Origin: Mycoplasmoides genitalium G37
GTDB lineage: Bacteria > Bacillota_I > Bacilli_A > Mycoplasmatales > Mycoplasmoidaceae
Direction: 5' to 3'
DNA length: 32,000 bases
NCBI RefSeq assembly: GCF_000027325.1
Contig: NC_000908.2
Location: forward strand, 450,001-482,000
Below the pieces are notes generated by a model. It saw nothing but the letters and a program-made list of their open reading frames with translations, was not told where the DNA came from and made no database searches. The position numbers were made by a program, and so were the translations under genes. This document shows, piece after piece, positions 10,497 through 21,234 of this stretch (position 1 is its first letter; every line of letters begins with the position of its first letter).

Positions 10497-10670
10497 ATGG
10501 CAGTACAACAACGGCGTTCTAGTAAACACCGTCGTGATAAAAGACGTTCTCACGATGCACTTACTCTACAAACTTTAAGTGTTTGTAAGAAATGTGGTAA
10601 GAAGAAGTTATCACATCGTGTGTGCTCTTGTGGTATGTACGGTGAACTAAGAGTTAAAAAAGCTCACTAA
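10497..10670 (+). CDS. rpmF: 50S ribosomal protein L32 (57 aa); absent from the ORF track
   Basis: The ATG at 10497 lies 2 nt after the rplL stop, and the TAA is at 10668-10670. The translation [57 protein letters not shown] has the MAVPxxRxSKxRxxxRRxH-type N-terminus and a CxxC...CxxC zinc ribbon. Confidence 0.92.
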   Translation: MAVQQRRSSKHRRDKRRSHDALTLQTLSVCKKCGKKKLSHRVCSCGMYGELRVKKAH

Positions 10671-10684
10671 TTCACAGATAAATA

Positions 10685-10951
10685 TTATTGTTTTTTTGCA
10701 GTTGAATTTGTATTACTTTTATGCAAAATAACAGCATTTTTTGATTTTAAACGCTTAGCTCTGTTTAAAGAAATAATCCCTTTTCTGGCTAAACGATCTG
10801 CTTGAGAATAAACAGAACTGAGATTATCTAAATTAATCTCTTTATTAAATTTTTTAACATTAGTTTTTAGTTTAGTTTTTTGTCCTTTATTATTTAAATT
10901 TCTCTTAATGTCTTGACGTAATCGTTTTTCGTTAGATTTAATATTAGCCAT
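10685..10951 (-). CDS. rpsT: 30S ribosomal protein S20 (88 aa)
   Basis: Intact ORF MANIKSNEKRLRQDIKRNLNNKGQKTKLKTNVKKF...ADRLARKGIISLNRAKRLKSK, a typical S20. Confidence 0.93.
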   Translation of the reverse strand: MANIKSNEKRLRQDIKRNLNNKGQKTKLKTNVKKFNKEINLDNLSSVYSQADRLARKGIISLNRAKRLKSKNAVILHKSNTNSTAKKQ

Positions 10952-11014
10952 TTAGGTTATTAATTAGTTTTAGAGTATATTATTATCTTGATTATATTGT
11001 AACTAGAACCATAT

Positions 11015-11689
11015 ATGGATGGTGGACAACAAGGGAGTTTTTTTGGGCTTTTAGTAATTGTTATTCCAATAATTTTGTTAATTGTTTTTTTTTCCAAGAA
11101 AAAAGGGGCACAAAAAAATGATTTTAGTGGTGAAGGAGGTAATCGATCATCAAGAAAAGATGAAGTGTGAAAAACAATTAAACAGTTTTTGCAAGAAAAG
11201 AATGAACGTGGTAAAGAAATTATTAAAACTTTTGTAGCTAAAAAACCAAACCCTTTACATTCAAAAAAAGACCGCAAGCTTTTCAATCAAGAGATACAGG
11301 CATATATTACTAGTAATAACTTAGGAAAAAGCGAAGCAAAACGTTATAAAAATGAGCAAACTCGCTTAATGCAAAGAGAACTTTATTGTATTTATTTTGT
11401 TACAAAAGATGCTAAATCAACTGAAGTTGATGATGCTAGGATTATAGAAGCTGAGGTTTATCAAAAACCTACAAAAACCAAAAGTACTCCAGAGCGGCTA
11501 ATTCGTATACTTGGTTTAAAAAATTTTGAAACTGAAATGCAATGAATTCAACCATTAATGGTTCGTGAAGAAAAGAGAAAAGAAAAAGAAGAACAGAAAA
11601 AACTTAAATTAGCTGCAAGAGAACTAAAAAAGAAGAAAAAGAAGAAAATAAAAAAACCAAAAGAAATCAGAAATCAGAAAAATGTTTAA
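11015..11689 (+). CDS. Hypothetical membrane-anchored protein with a lysine-rich C-terminal tail (224 aa)
   Basis: The ATG at 11015 is in phase with track ORF 11189..11545, with two in-frame TGA. The TAA is at 11687-11689. The translation is MDGGQQGSFFGLLVIVIPIILLIVFFSKKKG (one TM helix) ... REEKRKEKEEQKKLKLAARELKKKKKKKIKKPKEIRNQKNV. Confidence 0.65.
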
Positions 11690-12617
11690 AATTGTTTTCT
11701 TTGGTACTTCAACGCTTTCAAAAAAATGTTTAGAACAACTTTTTTACGATAATGATTTTGAAATTTGTGCTGTTGTAACTCAGCCAGACAAAATTAATCA
11801 TCGTAACAATAAAATAGTACCTTCTGATGTTAAGTCTTTTTGTTTGGAAAAAAACATAACTTTTTTTCAACCAAAACAAAGCATAAGCATAAAAGCTGAT
11901 CTAGAAAAATTAAAAGCTGATATTGGTATTTGCGTTTCATTTGGTCAGTATCTTCATCAAGATATTATTGATCTTTTTCCAAATAAAGTAATTAACTTAC
12001 ATCCTTCTAAGTTACCACTACTTCGTGGTGGTGCACCATTACATTGAACCATTATTAATGGTTTTAAAAAATCTGCATTGAGTGTAATTCAATTGGTTAA
12101 AAAAATGGATGCAGGTCCGATTTGAAAACAACAAGATTTTTTAGTTAATAATGACTGAAATACTGGTGATTTATCCATATATGTAGAAGAACATTCACCC
12201 TCTTTTTTAATTGAATGTACTAAAGAAATTCTCAATAAAAAAGGGAAATGATTTGAACAAATAGGTGAACCTACTTTTGGATTAAACATAAGAAAAGAAC
12301 AAGAACATCTTGATCTTAATCAGATTTACAAGAGTTTTTTAAACTGAGTAAAAGGTTTAGCTCCCAAACCTGGTGGTTGGTTAAGCTTTGAAGGAAAAAA
12401 CATCAAAATTTTCAAAGCTAAATATGTTAGTAAAAGTAATTACAAACATCAATTAGGAGAGATAGTTAATATATCTCGAAAAGGAATTAATATTGCTTTA
12501 AAAAGCAATGAAATTATTTCAATTGAAAAAATTCAAATACCTGGAAAAAGGGTGATGGAAGTAAGTGAAATAATAAACGGAAAACATCCTTTTGTTGTTG
12601 GTAAATGTTTCAAATAG
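11682..12617 (+). CDS. fmt: Methionyl-tRNA formyltransferase (311 aa)
   Basis: Track ORF 11682..12047 extends through five TGA to the TAG at 12615-12617; I read every codon. The translation has MFKIVFFGTS..., VVTQPDK and NLHPSKLPLLRGGAPLHW (the formyltransferase active-site motif). Confidence 0.92.
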
Positions 12618-12618
12618 A

Positions 12619-14622
12619 ATGATTACAAAGAGTTTTTTCCTTAAAAATTTTGATCGCTCTAAAGAATTAATTCCTCTTTCATATAACGATGTTTTTAGCG
12701 CTGTTAATCAGTTTCTGAAAAGCTATACTGACGTTAATGATATTGATATTATTGAAGAAAATTTGATTGAAGATCCAGTTTTTGAACTTGATGTTTTAGA
12801 ACTTTTAAACGAGGATCCAATGCTATTATTGGACAGTAAAAATCCCCGTGTTCAAGAAGCTAAAATTATTGCTAATAAAGCAAAAAAAAATATTAAAGAT
12901 TATTTTAATCTTCCCATTTTTTTTGATACAGATAGTTTAGATAAAAATGTTTCTGTTTATCAAAAAGCTGAGCTTACTGAAAAGAAAATTCAAGAAATAA
13001 TAACATCAAAAAAATCAGCTATTATTTTTAAACCTATTTTTGAAATAGAAGATTGCTTAATTCAACCAGATGCTATTATTGTTCATGAAAAAGGACTTTG
13101 TGAATTTGTTGTTATAAAAGCTACAACCAATACAAAAAGAAAATATTTTTTGGAAATAATTTATGACTTTGTGTTATTTAAAAAAATAGGTAAGTATAAA
13201 CTTTTAAACTATTATTTTTGTACTGTTAAATACGAATTACAAAATAAAAATAATGTTTCTTTCTTTTTAAATACTGAAATAAAAACATCAAAAAACAGTT
13301 TTAGTTTAAGTTCAAAAGAAAAAGATTATTTTAAGAATAAACCTTTTAATCACCCTGAAAAAATTGCTTACATACACAAAAAAAAGAGCAATGGAGTTAA
13401 TGGTTTTTTGATTGTAAAACTCATTGATAACCTTATTAAAAACAATATAGTTGATTTAAACAAAATAAGTGATTTTGTTACTAAAGAAATTGACAGTAAA
13501 AGTGTTCGTAATATTCAACCACTTATTAAAAATGCGGCTAAAATACAAATTAATTTTTGAGATCAAATACAAGATATAAAAAAATATCAAGAACTCAAAA
13601 TAAATCAAATTGTTTTTAATTACAGTGAAAATTTTGATTCTTTTTGGAGTAACTATTTATTAAGAAATTTAATTAAATTAGTTTTTGCTCATAAATACAA
13701 TGAAATTTTTAAATTATCTGGTAAATTAGCTAATTGAAGTCAATTAACATATGCATATAAAGAAAATAAATCAATAACTATAAATCAACTGCTTCACGAA
13801 TTAAATCAGAAAAAAAGCAAGGCTAATTTTAATAACTCAACTAATAAAATAAGTTTTTTTCTTGAAGCGTGAAATAGTGAAAAAGGTTTTGCAATTGGCA
13901 ATAAATTTAAAAATACTTGAAATAAACTTAAAAAAAAGAAAGTTTATTTTGATTTTGAAACAATTAGTTCATCAATCAGAATCATAAATAATTCATTACC
14001 ATTTAGTCAAATTGTTACCCAATGCTCATTAATAGTTGATAAAAATGAAATAGATGATAAAAGAAAACTTAATTGTGAAAATCTAATTTTTGATCCCTTA
14101 TTTATTAGCGTTAATGACTTTAAAAAAGTAATTGATTCACTCTATCAAAACAATTGCAGTGATTATAGTTTTGTTGTTTTTAATAAATCTTTTGAAAAAA
14201 ACAGATTATTGGAAATGGCTACATTGATTAATGAACAAATATATAAAGAAAAAGTAAAAGCTATTGTTGACAATCTTTTTGACTTAGCTGATATTTTTAC
14301 TATTGAAAATAACTGTTTGGCTTTCAAACAGCTAAACGGTTTTTCCTCTATCAAAAAGGTTTTAACTATTATAGATGAAAGCTTTTTAAAGGCAAGTAAA
14401 TCAATTGGTTATCAAAATTTAAAAATCCAAAAAGGTGATGTAGCACAAGAAGTTGCTTTATCGCGTTTTCTAAATTGCTTAAATAAAAATGAATGAAATC
14501 AAGTAGCTTTTGAATTAAAAAAATATTGTGAAAATGATGTCAGAGCGATGATTTCAATTGTTTTATTTATCCAAGATTTAATCAAAAAAAATGATCTATT
14601 TACTTTTTATTCAGAAAATTAG
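12619..14622 (+). CDS. Large hypothetical protein (667 aa), DUF2779-like: N-terminal PD-(D/E)xK-like region plus a C-terminal DEDDy (DnaQ-like) 3'-5' exonuclease-like region
   Basis: The ATG at 12619 is preferred; the track's 12592 start is a TTG inside fmt. The ORF is in phase with track ORFs 12592..13560 and 14209..14496. I read all codons; there are five TGA and the TAG is at 14620-14622. Motifs seen: ITKSFFLKNF at the N-terminus; IQPDAIIVHEKGLCEFVVIKATT; VYFDFETISS (Exo I, DxE); VVFNKSFEKNRL (Exo II-like); KKYCENDVRAM (Exo III, Yx3D). Confidence 0.75.
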
Positions 14623-14645
14623 AACCTGCTTTTCTACTATTTCAC

Positions 14646-15434
14646 CTAATTTTTTTTAGGTTTAATAGCTAGTTTCTTACACATCTTTTGATTTTCTATC
14701 TTCTCTTTTAAATCACTAAAAAAATGGCTTCCTTTACTACTTTTTAAAAAACTTGTAAAAGAAGCCATTGCGTTGTGCTCTAAAACACTTTTATCATCGT
14801 AATTTTTGTTATTTGGGATAGCTTGTGATCAAATAATATCACCATCAAGTTCAATTATACTAAGTACCAAATTATTTGAAGTTAAGCTTACCCTAACTCT
14901 TGGTTCAGGTAATTTTTGCTCTTGAAAAAGTGAAAAGAAATCGTATTTTAAAATCTCAGAAAAAGTTCTTTCAAAAATATATTTTTCAACAAATTCAGTT
15001 GCTTTTTTCATCCCCATATCTTCATAAATGGCGCCAACCAAAGCTTCAAGTACATCACCAACAGTGTTTTCAGTTAGTTCAGCACCATTGCTTAACTTAA
15101 CAAAATCACCTAATTTTAGCTCCATACCAATACGATTAAGATTTTCACCCTTAACAATTTCAATCTTAGTTCTTGTTAAAAGACCTTCGTTATATTTAGG
15201 ATAAAGTTCAAATAGTTTTTTAGCAACAACAAAGTCAATTAAAGCATCACCTAAAAACTCTAAGCGATCGTAACTTTCACTAACATCTTCATGTTCATTG
15301 ATGTAAGAAGCGTGAATAAAAGCTTTTTCAAAAAATTCTCAATTATTAGGAAAAATATCTAAATTCTTTAAAAAAGTTGCTAGTTTTTTATCAAAAATCT
15401 TATTATTTTTTAGTTTCAAAACTTTATTCTTCAT
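14646..15434 (-). CDS. rnc: Ribonuclease III (262 aa)
   Basis: I extended track ORF 14829..15125 in both directions codon by codon. The ATG is at 15432-15434, TGA occur at 15339 and 14829, and the TAG is at 14646-14648. The translation has ESYDRLEFLGDALIDFVVAK (the RNase III signature) and a C-terminal dsRBD-like region. Confidence 0.92.
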
Positions 15435-16410
15435 AGTTATTCAAAGAAGTTTTAATTGCATTAATAAGATCAGATTTTAAGCTTAGATGTGCTAATCTAA
15501 TCGTGCTTAAAAATTGTTGTTTATCAGCAGAACCGTGAGTTTTTAAAGCTAATTTATTTAAACCCATTACAACAGCTCCAGCGTTATTTTTGTAATCAAA
15601 TTTTTTGGCTACACTTTTGATAATACCTAAGCTAAATAAGCCAGCAAGAGGATTTCTTTTATAACCCCTCTTAAGAATCCGTGCTATCGTTTTAAAAGTA
15701 CCTTCCATTGCTTTTAAAACTAAATTGCCGCTATATCCATCAGCTATCAAAATATCACATATTCCATCCAGTAAAAACCTTGATTCCACAAATCCTAAAA
15801 AGTTAAGATTTTTATCAGCTTTTAAAAGCTTAAATGCTTCTTGATGATAATCAAAACCTTTATTTTCTTCTGTTCCTATATTCAATAGTCCAATTTTAGG
15901 AGTTTTTTTTGTAGTTGTTTTTTTAACAAAAATATCAGCCATTAAACCTAAAAAATAAAGTTCTTTTCCTGTGAAATATTTATTAGCTCCAACATCCAAA
16001 AAATAAAACCAATTATTGTTATCTGTCGGTACATAAGACATAAAAGCACTCTTAGTATTTTTATTAATTTTGCCAAAAGCATCATTTGTTAAAGAAGCAT
16101 AAACTGCTGAAGAGCCTGCTGAAATTACAACATCAGCATTACCTTCACGAACTAAGTTTATGGCTATTTGCATTGAACTGTTAACTTTTCTTCTTGCACT
16201 TAGTGGAGTGTCGGTCATTTCAATGAAAGAATTAGCAAGTTTTTTTGTAATATTTTTTGGAAGTATATCAAGACCATCAAAAGCCTTTTCATCACCGATC
16301 AGAATGAAATTTAAGTCCTGATGAAAACTCCAATATTTCAATACTGCTTCAATTGCTTCACTAGGTTTGTTTTCAAAACCTAAACAATCAACTGCAAATC
16401 TAAAAGCCAT
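15424..16410 (-). CDS. plsX: Phosphate acyltransferase PlsX (328 aa)
   Basis: Intact ORF of PlsX length and character (...VVISAGSSAVYASL..., ...LKTHGSADK...). It lies between a FakA-like gene and rnc, as in Firmicutes. Confidence 0.88.
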   Translation of the reverse strand: MAFRFAVDCLGFENKPSEAIEAVLKYWSFHQDLNFILIGDEKAFDGLDILPKNITKKLANSFIEMTDTPLSARRKVNSSMQIAINLVREGNADVVISAGSSAVYASLTNDAFGKINKNTKSAFMSYVPTDNNNWFYFLDVGANKYFTGKELYFLGLMADIFVKKTTTKKTPKIGLLNIGTEENKGFDYHQEAFKLLKADKNLNFLGFVESRFLLDGICDILIADGYSGNLVLKAMEGTFKTIARILKRGYKRNPLAGLFSLGIIKSVAKKFDYKNNAGAVVMGLNKLALKTHGSADKQQFLSTIRLAHLSLKSDLINAIKTSLNNYEE

Positions 16411-18083
16411 TACTGTATGCCTATTATGTAAGAGAACACTTTTTGTTCTCCAGGTGAAAATTCACAAAACAATTTATATTTTTTTTCAACTAAAGCTTGC
16501 ATTTTTTTCGCATCTTGTTCAGTGATGTCTTTGCCATAATAAGCCAAAAGGAACTCAGGTTTTTTCACTTTTTTTGAAAGGATATCAATTGTTTTAAAAA
16601 AACAGTCTGTAAGTTGAGATTCACTAGCAATAATACTTTTATTTGTAACAGCAATAAAATCATTTTTATTCACCATTACTTTGTTTTCTTTATATGACTT
16701 TGAAGCTTGTGTTATCGTAGCGGAAGCAAACTCTTTAATAAAGCGCTTCATTGCTTTCACATTAGTGTGAATAGAAAGATCACTGTTAAATACAGTTAAA
16801 GCAGCAATTGACTCCACAGGATTTGCTGTAATAACATAATCTGCATTAATCTTTTGGTGTTTTAACTGTTTAATTGTTTCATTGGCAGATAGAAAATAGT
16901 TTTTATCATGTAACAAAAAGATTACATTACTAGAATTGGTTAACTTAACAGCCTCAAGTAAAGAAAAAACAGAAGGAGCCCCAGTATCATCAGTACATAA
17001 TATGGCGTTAATATCATGATCTTCACGAATTCTTTCAGCAAATGCTTCTGTAGGTACAGTAGCTACTATAGCAGGTTTTAAAACTCTTTTTGTTGGTGAG
17101 TTATTCTTGTTATTAACCTGTAAATTCATGTTATCAATTTTGACAAATTCAAATTCACCATAATTAAGACCCATTTCTAATAAAAGATGTGGTTTTAAAG
17201 TATGAGCATGAACTTTAACAAAACCATTGTCTTTATCACTAGCAATTACTACAGAATTGGCAATTCTATTTACTTTACTTTCAAACTTTTTTTGATGAAA
17301 TTTTTGCTTTTCAACTGTCTGATTTATTTTTAAACCTAGTCTTAAAACATATTCTGTACAATAACCAAATTCATCTTCATTAGCATGTTGTTCTTTAAAC
17401 TTGTTAAATTTAATTTCTATAGTTGATAAAGTATTGTCATCTAAATTAGATTCGCCCCCATAATATGACAACATTCCTTCAAGAAAACAAGCAAAACCAT
17501 AAGCACCTGAATCAACCACACCTGATGCTTTTAATACAGGTAACATTTGGGGAGTTTTTTTCACTGCTTGTCAAGCTACTTTAACAGCTTGTTCAAAAAG
17601 TTTTTCAAGTGTTTTAGGACGATTTTTTTGACTCTTAAACTCATTGCTTATTAAACGAGCAACTGTTAGCATAGTTCCTTCTACTGGTTTTGATACGTTT
17701 TTATAAGCCACTTCTTGAGCAACAATGAATGCATTTGCAACATCTTCTATACTCAACTCTGAATTATTGCTTGTTTTATTTACGATTATGTTACTGAAAA
17801 ATCCTTTCATTATTTGTGAAAAGATAACCCCTGAATTGCCACGTGAAAACAAAAGTAAATCTCTAGTAAAGTTTTTACCAAGTTCACTAAAGCTTTTTAT
17901 ATGACTTTTTTCATTTTCTAGTTTCTTGATGGCTTCTGTTATTGTTACTTTCATGTTTGTTCCAGTGTCACCATCAGGAACAGGAAAAACATTCAACTGG
18001 TTTATGTATTCATAATTTTTAGCGATGTTATTACAGCCAAGGCGTAACATATCGATAAAAGAAGATAAATTTACTGATGACAT
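16410..18083 (-). CDS. Dak2-domain protein, FakA/YloV-like (fatty-acid kinase ATP-binding subunit homolog, 557 aa)
   Basis: Fragments 16410..17564 and 17571..18083 are in phase, with a TGA at 17571. The N-terminal Dak2 motif is VFPVPDGDTGTNM. The stop shares 1 nt with the plsX start codon. Confidence 0.8.
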
Positions 18084-18151
18084 CTAAAGTAAAACCCTAG
18101 CTTATAAGGGATAAAAAAGAAGTTTATAACCACAATAATTTTAAATTTTAA

Positions 18152-19144
18152 CTATTGAATTAAATATTCAAACCAAGGTACTATTTTACTCTTGAATTGC
18201 ATTAATGAATAATTTGTTAAAATGGGAAACTTGCTCGTTTCTAGTTTAGGAAAAACTAATTCATAAGCGTGAAGTGCTTGATGCTTATATTTATTATTAC
18301 GATTTTTAAATTGAATCAAGCTGTATTTTTTATCACCAACTAGTTGATTTGAAAATAAATTTAAACACGCACGAATTTGGTGAGTCCTACCACTAATTAA
18401 TCTAATTGTTATTAAAGACATATCTTTTTGAGCTATGTATGAAGAATTTTCAAAAAAAGTGCTTATCTTTTTTGCTTCTGGAAAAGGTTTTCATTTTACT
18501 GTTACAATGCCATTATTGTTATCTTTTTTTCAATAAGCAGTTTGTAAGCCAAGATGGTTAAATTGACCAAAAACTAAGCCTTTATATCTTTTGGTTAAAT
18601 GGTTATTTTTAAAAACTTTGTTCAATTCTTTTAAAGCTTTGTTTGTTTTAGCACCAATAACAATTCCAGAAGTATTACGATCAATACGATGTGCAAACTG
18701 GGGATAAAAGTTAAGTTTATTACTGTCAAATTGTCTATATCCACAGTGTTTTAAAAGCATATTTGATAAATTAATAATGCTATGTTTTTTATCAGGTTGG
18801 CAAACTATTCCAGTTGGTTTGTCAACTACAATAATATTTTCATCCTCAAATATAATTTTTAGCTTATCTTTTACCAAATCTAGAGATAAATAGTCATTAT
18901 TAGTTTGTAAATAGGGATTTATATCAAAAAGAAAAGCTATCTCATCTTTAGTTTTTAATCTTGTGTTGACCTGTGGTTTTGTTTTATTTAACAAAACCTT
19001 TCCTAAGCGTAAATACTTAAAAAAGTCACTTCTTTTAATTAAGGGAAGGATTTTTAAACAAAATTGGTCAATTCGTTGGTTTTCACTTTCTTTAGGAACT
19101 AAAAATTTATTAGCTATTCTCATTTTGTTTGGCAAGAAAATCAT
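18152..19144 (-). CDS. RluA-family pseudouridine synthase with an N-terminal S4-like domain (about 330 aa)
   Basis: Fragments 18152..18421 and 18530..19144 are in phase. I read the junction and found TGA at 18530 and 18491. The translation has HRIDRNTSGIVIGAKT (catalytic Asp motif), ...SGRTHQIRA..., and an S4-like N-terminus (RIDQFCLKILP...SDFFKYLRLGKVLLNK). The start could instead be the internal MRIANKF. Confidence 0.85.
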
Positions 19145-20084
19145 CCATTATCTGTACTAATTTCATAAATTGATTTTTTTCATCCAAAACAAAAGCAGCT
19201 GCATATTTATGTCCACCACCATTGAACATTTGTGCAAAGTTATTAATTGGAATATTACGTGAGCGAATGGAACCAATTCATTTTTTAATGGACTCGTTAA
19301 AGTAAACAGTAGTCCATATTTTTACTCCTTTTATGTTATTCAAAGCATGAACCATTGGTAAAGGAGAGACAACACCAAAATGTTTATATGCTCCTTTTTT
19401 AATCAATGCATAAGCTAACCCATTTTTAGTTATTTTGGCTTTGCTAAGTACATAGCTAAAGTACTTATGTTCTAGTAATGGCTTTAAATAAACTGCATCA
19501 TGAACCTTATTGCGGTTAAAACCAGTTTCCATCAATTTTGCTGTTAGGGCAAATGTTTGGGGTGTAGTAGTTGGACCTCAGAATCGCTGTGTATCAGTAA
19601 TTATTCCTGCATAAAGATATGATGCAATCTCATCATTTAATTTGTAACCCATCTGCAAAATTAAATAACCAATCATCTCAGCAGTTGCTGAAAAAGAAGA
19701 ATCAATTCATTCCATATCAGCAAATTTTTCAGTTCTAGGATGGTGATCTATCCTAACTGTCTCTTTTGCCAACTTATGTTTTTGAGTTAAAACTCTTTCT
19801 TGGTTGGAAGTATCAAAAATAATAGCTAAAGATTCTTTTACAAAATCATCATTTATGTCAGTTTGCTCAAAAGGAAAAAGTTCTCTACCGTCTGCATTAA
19901 TATTGTATGAACCCATAACATAAGCTTTTTTTTCACTGAAAAAAGTATTTAGGAAAGTTTTGAAAGCAAAAGCAGATCCAAATGCATCAAAGTCTGGGTT
20001 TACATGTACAAATAAACTGAACTTATCAAACTGTTTAACCTTTTTTGAAAAATTCTTAATGAATTGTGGATCGATACTAATCAT
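19110..20084 (-). CDS. nrnA: DHH/DHHA1 phosphoesterase, NrnA-like nanoRNase/pAp phosphatase (324 aa)
   Basis: Fragments 19707..20084 and 19278..19535 are in phase. I read both junctions and the tail and found TGA at 19707, 19578 and 19278; the TAA is at 19110-19112. The translation has HVNPDFDAFGSAFA, RIDHHPR (DHH) and NGGGHKYAAAF (the DHHA1 GGGH motif). The 3' end overlaps the next gene's start by 35 nt. Confidence 0.85.
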
Positions 20085-21234
20085 TGCTTAATTCACTTAC
20101 TCCCTTTTCAATTAAATCATTTAAAAAAATAAGCTCACTTTCAAGCTTTTCAACATTTATCAATTTAGCTTTCGTTGTAGGATTTTTGGGAGAAAACTCA
20201 CTACAAGTATCTAAATGTTGTTCAATAGAAATATCAAAAGTATTAAAAAATTTAGCTAATTCAATAATTTTATCTTTACTAAAGCCAATTAAGGGGCGAA
20301 CTATAAATGTATCTGGTGTTGCTGATTGAATAACTTTTAAATTTTCAATGGTTTGGGATGCAACTTGTCCCAAAACCTCACCTGTAACTAGACAATCATA
20401 CTTAAACATACTAGCAGCTTTATAAAAAACACGACGCATTAAAACGATACGATAAGATTCATTACTAATATGAATTAACTCTTTTTGAATTGCAGTGAAA
20501 TCAAAAACTAATAATTTACCACTACAAATCGTTTTATTAAAAGAAATTAAATTTGCTAACCTTGTGATTTTTTCAATTGTTTTTTGATTCTTATTTGGTT
20601 CATTAATAAAGGTGATAAAATCAATGTTAAAACCACGTTGCATTACAAGTGAAGCTGCAACTGGGCTATCAATTCCTCCTGAAAGTAAGACTAAAGCTTT
20701 ACCACTACTATAAACAGGTAATCCACCTTTACCTTTAAAACGTTCTGTAAAAACAAGAAAATGCTCCTTCAAAATCTCTATATTAGCTATTATTTCAGGG
20801 TTATTAATTACTCCTTTTAATTGGTATTTTTCAAATAGTTTAACTGCTAAATACTTCTTAAAATTACTTGAATTTTCAGCAAAATTTTTATCACGTCTCT
20901 TAACTTCTAATTTAAAGGAATTAAAATCTTTAAATAAATTAAAAAGAAGATCTAATAGTTTGTTTTCTTCCCTTACTATCTGTGATGCAAAAAAGAACAA
21001 ACTAATTCCAGGCAAAAAACTGAATAATTCTTGGAGAATCGCTCTTTGTTCTTTTTTAATATCAAAGACAACAATTCTATCAAATTCATAAACAATACTA
21101 TTGTTAATTTCCAGTTTTTTAAAAGCTTTTTTGATGTTAATTTTTAATTGTTTTGTGAAATAAGAACGGTTTTTTCCTTTTAAAACCAATTCACCATAAC
21201 GCGCAACTAATACATCTTCACTATTCAATTCCAT
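20077..21234 (-). CDS. thiI: tRNA 4-thiouridine synthase ThiI (385 aa)
   Basis: Intact ORF with a THUMP-like N-terminal half and the PP-loop LLSGGIDSPVAA. Confidence 0.9.
   Translation of the reverse strand: MELNSEDVLVARYGELVLKGKNRSYFTKQLKINIKKAFKKLEINNSIVYEFDRIVVFDIKKEQRAILQELFSFLPGISLFFFASQIVREENKLLDLLFNLFKDFNSFKLEVKRRDKNFAENSSNFKKYLAVKLFEKYQLKGVINNPEIIANIEILKEHFLVFTERFKGKGGLPVYSSGKALVLLSGGIDSPVAASLVMQRGFNIDFITFINEPNKNQKTIEKITRLANLISFNKTICSGKLLVFDFTAIQKELIHISNESYRIVLMRRVFYKAASMFKYDCLVTGEVLGQVASQTIENLKVIQSATPDTFIVRPLIGFSKDKIIELAKFFNTFDISIEQHLDTCSEFSPKNPTTKAKLINVEKLESELIFLNDLIEKGVSELSND

Noticed and set aside
12592-12618. The track's N-terminal extension of the 667-aa ORF (MLLVNVSNR...) starting at TTG 12592.
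   Set aside because: This segment lies inside the fmt coding region, whose stop is at 12615-12617. An ATG at 12619, 1 nt after the fmt stop, gives the conserved-looking N-terminus MITKSFFLKNF. The extension is an artefact of allowing alternative start codons.
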